Of a stretch of DNA of 64,000 bases, positions 45,750 through 54,856 are shown in pieces. The stretch is from the NCBI GenBank assembly GCA_030373045.1, contig JAUCPW010000018.1, forward strand, positions 17,078 to 81,077, read 5' to 3'. How positions within the stretch are numbered: the stretch's first letter is position 1; each line of letters opens with the position of its first letter. Source of the DNA: Candidatus Fermentibacter sp. GTDB taxonomy: Bacteria > Fermentibacterota > Fermentibacteria > Fermentibacterales > Fermentibacteraceae. The position numbers and the translations under genes are program-made. A model generated the notes under the pieces. The model was not told the origin of the DNA. It saw nothing but the letters and a program-made list of their open reading frames with translations, and ran no database searches.

Positions 45750-47180
45750 ATGGATCTGACCGAAATGCTCTTCGAGACGTTCCGGGAATCCGGCAGGCAG
45801 CTCTTCCTCGTCGGAGGAACGGTGCGCGACAGATTGCTGGGACTTCCGCCCGGCGACCTGGATTTCGCCACCGATGCCTCCCCTGACGAAACTTCCCGCA
45901 TCCTGCAGGGTGCCGGGATCAGGACCCTCGATGTCGGCAGGCGGTTCGGCACGATCACCGCGATGGTCGACGGCCCGGACGGCGTGAGCAGGGCGGAGAT
46001 CACAACCTACAGGTCGGAGAGGTACGAGAAGGGCTCCCGCAAGCCCGGAGTGCGCTTCGGATGCTCCCTGGAGGCCGACCTCCTCCGCAGGGACTTCACT
46101 GTCAACGCAATCGCGATGGGCCCCGACGGCTCGCTGGTGGATCCCTCCGGCGGCGTGGCGGACCTCTCGGCGGGGGTACTCCGGACTCCCGGCGACCCCT
46201 TCGTGACGATCGCCGAGGATCCTCTCAGGAGCCTCAGGGCGGCAAGGTTCTCGGGACGTTTCGGTTTCTCGGTGCAGGCCGACCTGGCCGGGGCTGTCCG
46301 GCGGGAGGCCGGGGCCCTCCGCGACGTTTCCGTCGAGAGATGGCTGAGAGAGCTCGACTCCATGCTCGAGACCCCCGACGGCGAGGGAGCCGCGGCCTGC
46401 ATGAGGTGCCTCGTGGACCTCGGCCTGCTCCCCGTCGTCCTCCCCGAGATCGCTCCCCTCGCGTGCAGCGACGGCGAGGATCCGGGCGAGCACCATGTCC
46501 AGGGCGTGTGGAGCCATACCCTGTGCGTCCTGGCGAAGACCCCGCCCAGGCTCGTTCCGAGATGGGCCGCCCTCTTCCACGACTCGGGCAAGCCCTTCCG
46601 CCGCACGGTCGACGCCGGCGGATCCGTGCACTTCCACGGGCACCCGGAGATCGGGGCCGAACTGGCCATGCTCGCCGGCGGCAGGCTGAGATTCCCCAAG
46701 GCCAGGAGGATGGACGTCGCCGGCCTCGTACGGCTGCACCAGAGGCCTGCGGAATACTCTCCGGGCTGGGGCGACGGTGCGGTCAGGAGGCTTGCCAGGG
46801 ATGCGGGAGACCTGCTGGAGGACCTCCTCGTGCTCTCCGAGGCCGATTCCTCGTGCCGGGCTCCGGATTCGGCCGGAGACAGGGCCGTGAGGCTCGCCGA
46901 ACTCCGGAGAAGGCTCAGGATGGACCCCGTCGCCTCCTCCGGAAGACTCGTCCCCGGCGAGGTCGGCGAGTTCCTGGCGAGGGAGCTCGGGCCGGGAGGG
47001 GGCCGCGAGACCGGAGCGCTGCTCGCCGTCCTGGAGGAGATGGTTCTGTCCGGTTCGATCCCTCCCGATGCCGGACCGGAAGTCTTCCTGGAGGCTCTCG
47101 GGCGCTACCGGGGACGGTCGTCCGGGAGCCCCCCGGAGAAGAGCGACGAAGGCTCGATCACGACCGACGGGGAGCCGTAG
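45750..47180 (+). CDS. cca: CCA-adding tRNA nucleotidyltransferase / poly(A) polymerase family with HD domain
   Basis: …LFLVGGTVRDRLLGLPPGDLDFATDA…RRDFTVNAIA… and HD region …HHVQGVWSHTL…LFHDSGKP…. Confidence 0.75.
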   Translation: MDLTEMLFETFRESGRQLFLVGGTVRDRLLGLPPGDLDFATDASPDETSRILQGAGIRTLDVGRRFGTITAMVDGPDGVSRAEITTYRSERYEKGSRKPGVRFGCSLEADLLRRDFTVNAIAMGPDGSLVDPSGGVADLSAGVLRTPGDPFVTIAEDPLRSLRAARFSGRFGFSVQADLAGAVRREAGALRDVSVERWLRELDSMLETPDGEGAAACMRCLVDLGLLPVVLPEIAPLACSDGEDPGEHHVQGVWSHTLCVLAKTPPRLVPRWAALFHDSGKPFRRTVDAGGSVHFHGHPEIGAELAMLAGGRLRFPKARRMDVAGLVRLHQRPAEYSPGWGDGAVRRLARDAGDLLEDLLVLSEADSSCRAPDSAGDRAVRLAELRRRLRMDPVASSGRLVPGEVGEFLARELGPGGGRETGALLAVLEEMVLSGSIPPDAGPEVFLEALGRYRGRSSGSPPEKSDEGSITTDGEP

Positions 47181-48682
47181 TCGAGGCTGACGACGAACCT
47201 CGCCAGTATGCCGGTGCCGATGACCCCGTCGCAGCTCGAGACCACGGGCATGTCGCCGAGGCTCCCGCACTGCCCGGCCGGGACAGTGAAGCTCCCCAGC
47301 GTGATGCCCTCCACCCCGAACAGCACCGAAGTCCTCGTGCCGCCGACACCCTCCACGGCGACCTCCGAAGTCTCCCTCCCCTCGAGGAACGAAGGGTGCG
47401 ACTCGAGGAAGGCGTCGGAGAAGTGGAGCGCGCCTCCGGCCCCCGTGTCGAGCACGAGCCTGACCGGTACCGAGTCCTCGAGGACGGCCTCGATCACGAG
47501 GAGGTTCATCACCTTCACGGCCGGCAGCACGCTCGAACCGGGTGGCGGTGACCAGCCGGCCCGTTCGTGCAGCGTGACCGTACCGGAGCCGTAGTCGATG
47601 CAGGTGACGAAGCGGCCGAGGAAGTCGTAGCCCAGGATCATCCCGATGTGCCGACCCGTGGACGGGAAGAAGGCCTCGTCCAGATCCATCAGGGGAAGGG
47701 TCTGACCGGTGACCGTCGCGCCCAGGGCCGTGTACTCCGGCACCTCCGCGAAGCCGAAGGTTTCGGTCCCGCCCACTCCGACCGCGCTGAATTCGCCCGT
47801 GGGCGAGAGGCCGATGCCGGCCGCGGCGCGTACGTCGAGGACCGTGGCCCCGGCTCCCGAATCGAGCAGTATGTCCACATCCCTCCCGCACACCGAACCG
47901 CGGAGGAAGATGTGCTGCCCTTCGAGCTCGAATCCGTACGGGGTCCCCGGCTGCCGGAGGACGGCGTCCCCCGGGCGGGATGCCACCATGAAGACGCTGT
48001 CGGGGATGGGGATGTCGCACTCGACCAGGACGCTCGTCGAGCTCGTCACCTGTCCCAGGGCCGGTATGCTGTCGCGCGTCGAGGAGGGGAAGAGGAGCCC
48101 TCCCGATTCGCGGAACCCCACCGGCATCGAGAACATCGCGAGCCCCATGGCCTCGGTGCGCATGAGCAGGGGCAGCCCGGAGCCTCGGGATACGTAGTAG
48201 GTGACGGGCACGCCGCCCGCCTCGAACGCCAGGGGGATTGCGCTCTCCCCGGCTATCACGGTGTCGGGGCCTGCGGTCAGCCCGGACCCGCCGGGATCGA
48301 GGAATGCGTCCTGGAAGACCGTCATCCTCGCGAGCGCCGCCTGCGATCCCGAGACCTCGTCGCCGGCAGTCAGGGCTCCGTTCCTGTCGACCGACCAGAC
48401 GCTGTCACCCGAGATCAGCAGATCCTGCGACACGGGGCCCACACGCATCGATATCCTGCCGGCGAAGGGCTCCCTGACCCACCAGGACTCGCTCGTCCCC
48501 GAGAGGCCCGCCATGTGGACGCTGTCGATCGTGTGGAGGGTGGAGAGCGCCTCGAGCGCCTCCCGGCCGCCCAGGGCCCTCAGGTAGGCCTCGGCCGCCT
48601 CGTCGACCCCGCCGTCCGGAACGGGTCGCGAACAGCCCGCCGCCATCAGCAGGGCGGCCCCTGCAGCGAGATGCATCCTCAA
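47105..48682 (-). CDS. lipoprotein with two retropepsin-like aspartyl protease domains
   Basis: signal peptide + lipobox AAGCS; two clan-AA active-site motifs ILLDSGAGATVL and LVLDTGAGGALHF. Confidence 0.55.
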   Translation of the reverse strand: MRMHLAAGAALLMAAGCSRPVPDGGVDEAAEAYLRALGGREALEALSTLHTIDSVHMAGLSGTSESWWVREPFAGRISMRVGPVSQDLLISGDSVWSVDRNGALTAGDEVSGSQAALARMTVFQDAFLDPGGSGLTAGPDTVIAGESAIPLAFEAGGVPVTYYVSRGSGLPLLMRTEAMGLAMFSMPVGFRESGGLLFPSSTRDSIPALGQVTSSTSVLVECDIPIPDSVFMVASRPGDAVLRQPGTPYGFELEGQHIFLRGSVCGRDVDILLDSGAGATVLDVRAAAGIGLSPTGEFSAVGVGGTETFGFAEVPEYTALGATVTGQTLPLMDLDEAFFPSTGRHIGMILGYDFLGRFVTCIDYGSGTVTLHERAGWSPPPGSSVLPAVKVMNLLVIEAVLEDSVPVRLVLDTGAGGALHFSDAFLESHPSFLEGRETSEVAVEGVGGTRTSVLFGVEGITLGSFTVPAGQCGSLGDMPVVSSCDGVIGTGILARFVVSLDYGSPSVVIEPSSLFSGGLPDDRPR

Positions 48683-48706
48683 GTCTCTCTCCAGTCCGCC
48701 GGCAGG

Positions 48707-49726
48707 TCACCGGCCTCCGGGGATGAACGGCAGCCTGCCCGCCCCCGCGGATTCGAGGAGCGCGAACAGGATGCCGCTCCTGTCGGCGCCGGCGAACGAG
48801 GCCGACAGGGCTATGCCGATGTCGGCCTCCCGGCCGGCGTGGTAGACGCTGAGCTCGTGCCCGCAGGCGGCGCCGAGGTCCCAGAGAGGGATGACGTCGC
48901 ACGGGCAGTGTCCGATGGCGCGCAGGCTGTCGGTTCTGAACAGCAGGGGGTCGACCGGCAGGCCGGGGATGCCGTCGAGCAGCACGTTCCATGCGTGGAA
49001 GACCAGGCTGTCTCCCCTGCGGACCAGCCCGCCCTCCACCCCGGCGCGTATCCCCTCCTTCCGGGCCTCCTCCATGAACTCGACGGCCATGTCCAGGCAC
49101 GGCCCCGTGCCGGTGAAGGAGTCGGGCATCCCGACGCCCGCGGCGATGGCGAGGATATCGTCGAACCTCTCCCTGCCCAGGCTTCCCGGAAGGGGTCTGA
49201 AGGTGTGGGGGGACTGGACGATGTGGAGCATCACGGGCAGCTCGACCGTCTCGCCGGGTGCCAGCACGGGTATGTGCGCGAGGAGACTGCCGCCGTCCCG
49301 GCGGAAGGGGCCGTAGAGCATCGTGAGGGACTGGCAGGGGGGATGGGGCCTGGGCAGCGGCATCACGACGGTGAGATCCCGGGCGTCCGAGGAGCCCAGG
49401 TTGGTGATCCCTGCCGTGAGCACGAGCAGAGTGTCGAAGGGGACCGAGCCAGCCATCCTGTCGGAGAGCCAGGACCTCGTGGCCGGATCCTCCGCTCCCC
49501 CGAGGGCTATCCCGTAGGCGGACGCCGCCTCCTCGAACCTCCCCGCCGCCTCCAGCAGGCTGGCGAAGAGGATGGGCCCGTCCCCGCCCTGCCTCGCCGC
49601 GAGCTCGGCGAACAGGATCGCCTCCTCCGGGATCTCCGCGATGCCCGCGAGCTTCCTGCACGAGTCGGCGGGCGAGACGGAGAAGGAGGCGAGCAGCAGG
49701 GCGCCGAGGGATGCGGCCGGGATCAT
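48707..49726 (-). CDS. transglutaminase-like cysteine-protease superfamily protein
   Basis: signal peptide; …GTGPCLDMAVEFMEEARKEGIRAG… (Cys), …VFHAWNVLLDG… (His) suggest TGase-core Cys-His-Asp. Confidence 0.4.
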   Translation of the reverse strand: MIPAASLGALLLASFSVSPADSCRKLAGIAEIPEEAILFAELAARQGGDGPILFASLLEAAGRFEEAASAYGIALGGAEDPATRSWLSDRMAGSVPFDTLLVLTAGITNLGSSDARDLTVVMPLPRPHPPCQSLTMLYGPFRRDGGSLLAHIPVLAPGETVELPVMLHIVQSPHTFRPLPGSLGRERFDDILAIAAGVGMPDSFTGTGPCLDMAVEFMEEARKEGIRAGVEGGLVRRGDSLVFHAWNVLLDGIPGLPVDPLLFRTDSLRAIGHCPCDVIPLWDLGAACGHELSVYHAGREADIGIALSASFAGADRSGILFALLESAGAGRLPFIPGGR

Positions 49727-50961
49727 CCCCGGAGGCCCCTCAGGGGGTCGAGCGACGCCGCCCTGAAGGCCGGGACGGCCGCGGACGCCAGGCTGAGGAG
49801 GAGGGAGGCCGCGCAGGTCGCCGCCACGCTGGCGGGCACGACGGATACGGGTATGTGCTCATGGAAGGAATAGACGTCCGGCAGCGTCAGGATCCCGGCG
49901 CCCCCGACCAGCCAGCACCCCGTGAGGCCCAGGGCCAGCCCGGCCGAGACCCCGATCAGGCCGACCAGGGCACCCTCCCAGATGAAGACCGAGAGGATCA
50001 GCCGGCTGGATGCGCCCATCGCCTTGAGTATTGATATGTCGCGGCGCCGTTCGACGACCGAGCGCGCGATGGTCCCGGTGATGTTGAAGGTCGCGACGAG
50101 CGTGATGAGGAGTATCGCCGCGAAGGAGCCCATCTTCTCGAGCTGCATGGATGCGGCCAGGGAGGGGTTCTTCTCCTTCCACGTACGCAGCCTGACGCTG
50201 TCGGGCACGACCGGCCCGAGCAGCTCCGCCGCCTCCTCGGGGGAGACGCCGTCCTCGAGTCCCACCGCGATCCCGGAGCAGCCCCCCCGCGGGAGGAACA
50301 TCCTGGCGGCCAGCTCCATCGGGACATAGGCCAGGGCCCTGTCGTTGACGGGCAGGCCGGTCTCCACCGCGCCCGCGAGCACCGCCCTGCCTATCGCGAA
50401 TCCCCGCGAAGTGAAGAACGACTCCGGTGGGAAGAAGATGAGGGTGTCGCCGAGGGGATGATAGAGGTCCTCGGCGAGATAGAGACCCGTGACCGTGCAG
50501 GGGAACCCGTCCGCCGCGAGCAGCCTGGGCTCTCCGTAGACCAGGTTGCTGTCGAGCCCGGACGAGGAGATGCCCGTGACCGGGTCGATCCCCCTGATCC
50601 TGCAGCCCGTCTCGAGGTCCCTCGAGGGGAGCCTGACGATGGCCTCGCCCTCGATGTACGGTGAAACCGAGGCTATCCCCGGGACTTCGCCGATTACGGC
50701 CAGGACCGAATCCGGGATGAAGAGCGCGCCGCCCGAACCGGGCACTATCTCCAGCGGGGCCTCGGCCGTGGTCACCGATCCCGAGATGAAGCCCTCGAGG
50801 CCCTCCATCACGCCCATGACTATGATGAGGGCCGCCACCCCGAGCGCGACTCCGGAGATGCTGACCACCGAGGCCAGCGCCACCGTGCGCCTCTCGGGGT
50901 GCCGCCTCATGTATCTCCAGGCGAGATGCCACGAAAGGGAACCCATAACGCCTCCAGGCAT
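49723..50961 (-). CDS. FtsX-family ABC transporter permease (LolC/E / MacB-like)
   Basis: 412 aa; N-terminal TM, large periplasmic domain, C-terminal 3-TM FtsX bundle (…ILKAMGASSRLILSVFIWEGALVGLIG…). Confidence 0.65.
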   Translation of the reverse strand: MPGGVMGSLSWHLAWRYMRRHPERRTVALASVVSISGVALGVAALIIVMGVMEGLEGFISGSVTTAEAPLEIVPGSGGALFIPDSVLAVIGEVPGIASVSPYIEGEAIVRLPSRDLETGCRIRGIDPVTGISSSGLDSNLVYGEPRLLAADGFPCTVTGLYLAEDLYHPLGDTLIFFPPESFFTSRGFAIGRAVLAGAVETGLPVNDRALAYVPMELAARMFLPRGGCSGIAVGLEDGVSPEEAAELLGPVVPDSVRLRTWKEKNPSLAASMQLEKMGSFAAILLITLVATFNITGTIARSVVERRRDISILKAMGASSRLILSVFIWEGALVGLIGVSAGLALGLTGCWLVGGAGILTLPDVYSFHEHIPVSVVPASVAATCAASLLLSLASAAVPAFRAASLDPLRGLRG

Positions 50962-51027
50962 ATCATGTAATATGCGGAGCCCCGGGCGCGCGGGGCTTGC
51001 CCCGCCGGAGGCGGGTGCGATAGTATC

Positions 51028-54000
51028 GTGTTTTCGGGGGGAGAATCCTTGATCCTTCTGCTTCTGGCGACAGCCCTGGCCCTGCCTGAGGGGCAGGCAG
51101 GCGTGCTCTCCGACGTCCGGTCGGGGTCCGCGGGCTTCTCGGCCACTGTGGAGGTCCCCGGGCCGTCATTCCGGTCCGACGGGGACGTCTACTACCCCGT
51201 GATCCCCGGCTTCTCCTCCTGGGCGGTCGAAGGCGGCCTGGTCAGGCCATGCATCGTCTTCTACGTGCCGCTACCCCCTGGCGCGTCGCCCGAGCTCGCC
51301 TTCACGGTCGAGGACAGGAGGGAGGCGCCCCCCGCCCCGCGGGGAAGGCCGGCGGTCTCTCCGCACCTCGAAGGCACGGGCCTGTCCACCGTCACGGTCT
51401 ACGATGACCGGGCATCGGCACCCCCTCCCGCCGTGGTCGAGATGTCGGTCGTGAGGGCAATGGGTGTCGATCTGGCCCAGGTCAGGATCAGCCCGTTCGA
51501 CGGGGAGGGATACGGCGACTATGCCGGATCGGTCGGCATCTCCCTGGAATGGGGGGGAGCGCCCGGCTCGGAGCCCCTCTCCGACGGCCCACTTTCGCTG
51601 ATATGCCCCGGGGGCGTGGTATGGTGGCCCCACAGGGCGCAGAGAACGGCCGCCAGCCCCTTCTGGGGGATGCCCTGGGCGCGGATCGAGACCTCGGTCG
51701 GCGGCTGCCACGTGCTCACCGGCGCGATGCTCGACTCCGCCGGAGTAGACATCCTCGGAGCCGACTCCCAGACCCTGCGGATGCTGACCGGCCCCGGTCT
51801 CATGTTCGACCTGGAATGGCGCGACGAGACGCATGCCGCATCCGAGACCTCGATACTCGTCCTCGACGGCGGCGACGGCTCCTTCGACGCCGCGGACAGC
51901 ATCCTGTTCGTGGGCAGGGCCCTGTGGCGCTTCGAGCCTTCGCCGGAATCGACGCCTCCGCTCGGGCGCCTCTCGCACAGGTACGACACGCGGAACGTCT
52001 ACTGGCTGACCTGGGGCGGCGAGCCCGGCCGGATGATGGAGAGCGTACCGTCCTCCCCGGACGGCTCCCCGGCATGGCCGGGCGACCTCCTCGCCCCCCT
52101 CTTCGTCGAACAGGAGGCCTTCTGGCTGCCGGGCCACGAAATCGAGACCGGATGGGTATGGACCGAGCTCTCCACGAGCTACGACTCCTACTTCCCGTTC
52201 ATGGCCGAGAGGGTCGGGGAGCCGGCCGACATCCTCCTGTCGTTCGTCCCGGACGAGAATGTGACGGGACAGCTGAGGATCACCCTCAACGGCGACTCGG
52301 TGGGCGGCTGCTCGTTCTCGGGCTACCCTCCCCCCTTCACCGTGCTCCTCGAGGACGTCGGGATCGCCGAAGGATCCAACACCATCATCACGCACCTGAC
52401 CCTTACGGGCGGCAGCGGGAGCATCTACTTCGACAACATGACCGTCTCGTACCCCAGGCTTCCCGCGGATGCCGGCGGGGCCGACCTCCTGCCTTCGGGC
52501 GCCCCCGACGGGAGGTACACGCTCTCGCTCGGCCTGGAAGGCGACGGACCTGCCAGGGTTTTCGACTGCTCCAGGCACTATGCGGTCGACCTGCTCGACG
52601 GCGCCTCCGATCAGGGCGGCACGGTAAGCCTCTCCCTCGACATCGGGCAGGAATCGCGCCTGCTGGCAGTCCGCCCCGGCGACCTCAGGACGCCCAGTTC
52701 CATCTCCCCCGCCGAACCGGGCAGGATAGTCGGCACCCTCGACGGCGCCGACGCGGTGATCATCGCGGCGGACATCCTCGCCGAAGCCTCGGCCCCTCTC
52801 GAGGCGCTCATGGAGGCGGGGGGGCTCCAGGCGGAACTCGTCACCCTGGGCGAGGTCTACGACGAATTCGGCCAGGGCGTGGCCGATCCCGGAGCAGTGA
52901 GGTCGTTCATATCATGGGCCCTGGACACGTGGGACCCCGCGCCATCCGACTTCATCTTCGTTGGCGACGGGCACTACGACGTGCTGAACCGCAACTCCCC
53001 CGAGCCGTGCCTCTTCCCGCCGTGGCTGAAGCTCGGCAACTCGGACCAGCTCTTCGACGACTTCTACGTCATGACGACCCCCGGCCAGTTCCTGCCGGAG
53101 GCCTCCCTCTCGCGCATCCCCGCCGACTCCCCTCAGGACGTGTCCGTCTTCGTCGCCAAGGCCGCGGCCTACCGCTCGGGAGATGCCGCGGGGGCCTGGA
53201 GCGACAGGATACTCCTCACTGCGGACGACGAGTGGGGAAACGGTACCCCGAGCGAGACGTGGCACACGTACACATGCGAACTGCTGGCGGACAGCTGCAT
53301 CTCTCCGATGTACGACAGGGGCAAGTTCTACCTCATCGAGTACCCCTGGCCCGAGAGCGGCACGCATCCCTTCAAGCCCGAGGCCCAGGAGGACTACGTC
53401 GAAGCCCTTTCCGAAGGCTGGCTCGCCGTCCTGTTCTTCGGGCACGGCTCGCACGACCAGATCTGCCACGAGAAGCTACTGGTCAACAGCGACATAGCCC
53501 GGATCGACAACGGCCCCAGACAGCCCGTGATGGTCTTCGCGAGCTGCGACGTGGGGAGCTTCGAGCTCGTCTCCGCCGACTGCATGTCGGAGGAGTTCGT
53601 CCTGAACCCCGGCGCCGGGGCCATAGCGACCATCGGGGCCACCCGGGGAACGAACGCCAACGAACCGCTCTTCGAGGACTTCTGCTCGATGCTCTTCGAC
53701 GGGACGTCGGCCACCGGCACCGGGCAGGCCCTCTGGGCGTCGAAGCTGCTGAACCCGTTCCAGAACTCCTACTACTACGTGCTCTTCGGAGACGGGACGA
53801 TGAGGCCGATGCGGCCGGCATCCGGAACCCAGGTCGCGCTCGGCGGCGACGCCATTCTCCGCGGCAGGGTGAATCCCCTCGAGGCCTCGTACCCCTCGGA
53901 CTGCCTGGCCAGGGTCCGTGTCACCGAGAGCGCCGCCTGGACGGAGTACACCTGCCTTGGCGGAAACCTGATCGAATACCTGAAGTACGGCTCGACGGCC

Positions 54001-54810
54001 TTCTCGGGCTCCTTCCTGACCTCCGGGGGCCTGCTGGACCTCGACTTCTTCATGCCCCTCCAGTCCGACACCGGCGCGTACGGGAGGGCGGCGGCCCTGG
54101 GGATGTCCGATGCGGGCGGCGTCTCCGACTGGCTGGAATGGGTCCCGGTCGCGGACTCCGGCGGCTATGCGGCGGACTCCACGGGGCCTCTGATAGAGCA
54201 GAGCCTCGAAGGCTGCGCGGGCGAGTCCCCGGTCACGGGACCGGACCCCGTGTTCCAGGCTGACCTGTCCGATCCGAGCGGCATATGCACCTTCGGGGGG
54301 GGGGCCGGCAGGTCGATCCTGATCAACCTCGACTCCCAGGCCTTCGATCTGAGCGCCTTCTTCGCCTATGACCAGGGCAGCTCGACGGCCGGGAGCCTCG
54401 AGTACCAGCTCCCGCACCTGCTCGAAGGGCCCCATAGGATCATCATGGCCGCCTGGGACGGCATGGGCAACTTCTCCCGCGACACCCTCGACTTCCAGGT
54501 CGTCGAGGATACCGGCGTCTCGCTCGACGAGTTCCTGGTGTACCCCAACCCCTCCGCGGGCCCTGTCTGCTTCAGCTTCAGGGCCTCCACGGACGGCTCC
54601 GCGAAGGTATCCATCTACACGATCGCGGGCAGGCGCATCAGGGAGATCTCGAGCGACCTCTCCGCGGGCTACTGCCAGGTCCTGTGGGACGGGCTCGACG
54701 CCGACGGCGACGAACCGGCCAGCGGAGCCTACCTGTTCGTGCTGGGATTCGAGGGAGACGGCGGCTCCGTGACGGAACGCGGGGTCATCGCCCTTGCAAG
54801 GGACGGGTGA
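51028..54810 (+). CDS. giant peptidase C25 (gingipain-like) with FlgD-Ig / T9SS-type CTD
   Basis: GTG start, signal peptide; …ILLTADDEWGNG…VLFFGHGSHDQICHE (His)…VFASCDVGSFE (Cys); C-terminal LVYPNPSAGPVCFSFRAS…VSIYTIAGRRIREIS…VLWDGLDADGDEPASGAYLFVL… CTD. Confidence 0.7.
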   Translation: MFSGGESLILLLLATALALPEGQAGVLSDVRSGSAGFSATVEVPGPSFRSDGDVYYPVIPGFSSWAVEGGLVRPCIVFYVPLPPGASPELAFTVEDRREAPPAPRGRPAVSPHLEGTGLSTVTVYDDRASAPPPAVVEMSVVRAMGVDLAQVRISPFDGEGYGDYAGSVGISLEWGGAPGSEPLSDGPLSLICPGGVVWWPHRAQRTAASPFWGMPWARIETSVGGCHVLTGAMLDSAGVDILGADSQTLRMLTGPGLMFDLEWRDETHAASETSILVLDGGDGSFDAADSILFVGRALWRFEPSPESTPPLGRLSHRYDTRNVYWLTWGGEPGRMMESVPSSPDGSPAWPGDLLAPLFVEQEAFWLPGHEIETGWVWTELSTSYDSYFPFMAERVGEPADILLSFVPDENVTGQLRITLNGDSVGGCSFSGYPPPFTVLLEDVGIAEGSNTIITHLTLTGGSGSIYFDNMTVSYPRLPADAGGADLLPSGAPDGRYTLSLGLEGDGPARVFDCSRHYAVDLLDGASDQGGTVSLSLDIGQESRLLAVRPGDLRTPSSISPAEPGRIVGTLDGADAVIIAADILAEASAPLEALMEAGGLQAELVTLGEVYDEFGQGVADPGAVRSFISWALDTWDPAPSDFIFVGDGHYDVLNRNSPEPCLFPPWLKLGNSDQLFDDFYVMTTPGQFLPEASLSRIPADSPQDVSVFVAKAAAYRSGDAAGAWSDRILLTADDEWGNGTPSETWHTYTCELLADSCISPMYDRGKFYLIEYPWPESGTHPFKPEAQEDYVEALSEGWLAVLFFGHGSHDQICHEKLLVNSDIARIDNGPRQPVMVFASCDVGSFELVSADCMSEEFVLNPGAGAIATIGATRGTNANEPLFEDFCSMLFDGTSATGTGQALWASKLLNPFQNSYYYVLFGDGTMRPMRPASGTQVALGGDAILRGRVNPLEASYPSDCLARVRVTESAAWTEYTCLGGNLIEYLKYGSTAFSGSFLTSGGLLDLDFFMPLQSDTGAYGRAAALGMSDAGGVSDWLEWVPVADSGGYAADSTGPLIEQSLEGCAGESPVTGPDPVFQADLSDPSGICTFGGGAGRSILINLDSQAFDLSAFFAYDQGSSTAGSLEYQLPHLLEGPHRIIMAAWDGMGNFSRDTLDFQVVEDTGVSLDEFLVYPNPSAGPVCFSFRASTDGSAKVSIYTIAGRRIREISSDLSAGYCQVLWDGLDADGDEPASGAYLFVLGFEGDGGSVTERGVIALARDG

Positions 54811-54856
54811 CGGTCCGGGGGCGCGCGCCCCGGACAGGCCGTCCGGAGTTGGACAA

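Noticed and set aside
44937-48020. 1027-aa minus-strand ORF from the track
   Set aside because: Translation is Arg/Gly/Pro-rich low-complexity over most of its length. It is antisense to the well-supported cca gene and to the 5' end of the retropepsin-like lipoprotein gene. Only the last 243 codons (44937..45665) look like a real protein; the rest is treated as a high-GC open-frame artefact.
50962-51027. Small 6-bp hairpin cccgcc-ggag-gcggg in the divergent intergenic region upstream of the giant C25 gene
   Set aside because: The stem is too short and GC-only in GC-rich DNA to be distinguishable from chance.
51549-54263. 904-aa plus-strand ORF inside the giant C25 gene (different frame)
   Set aside because: Arg-rich frame-shifted artefact; the frame starting at 51028 carries the C25 motifs.
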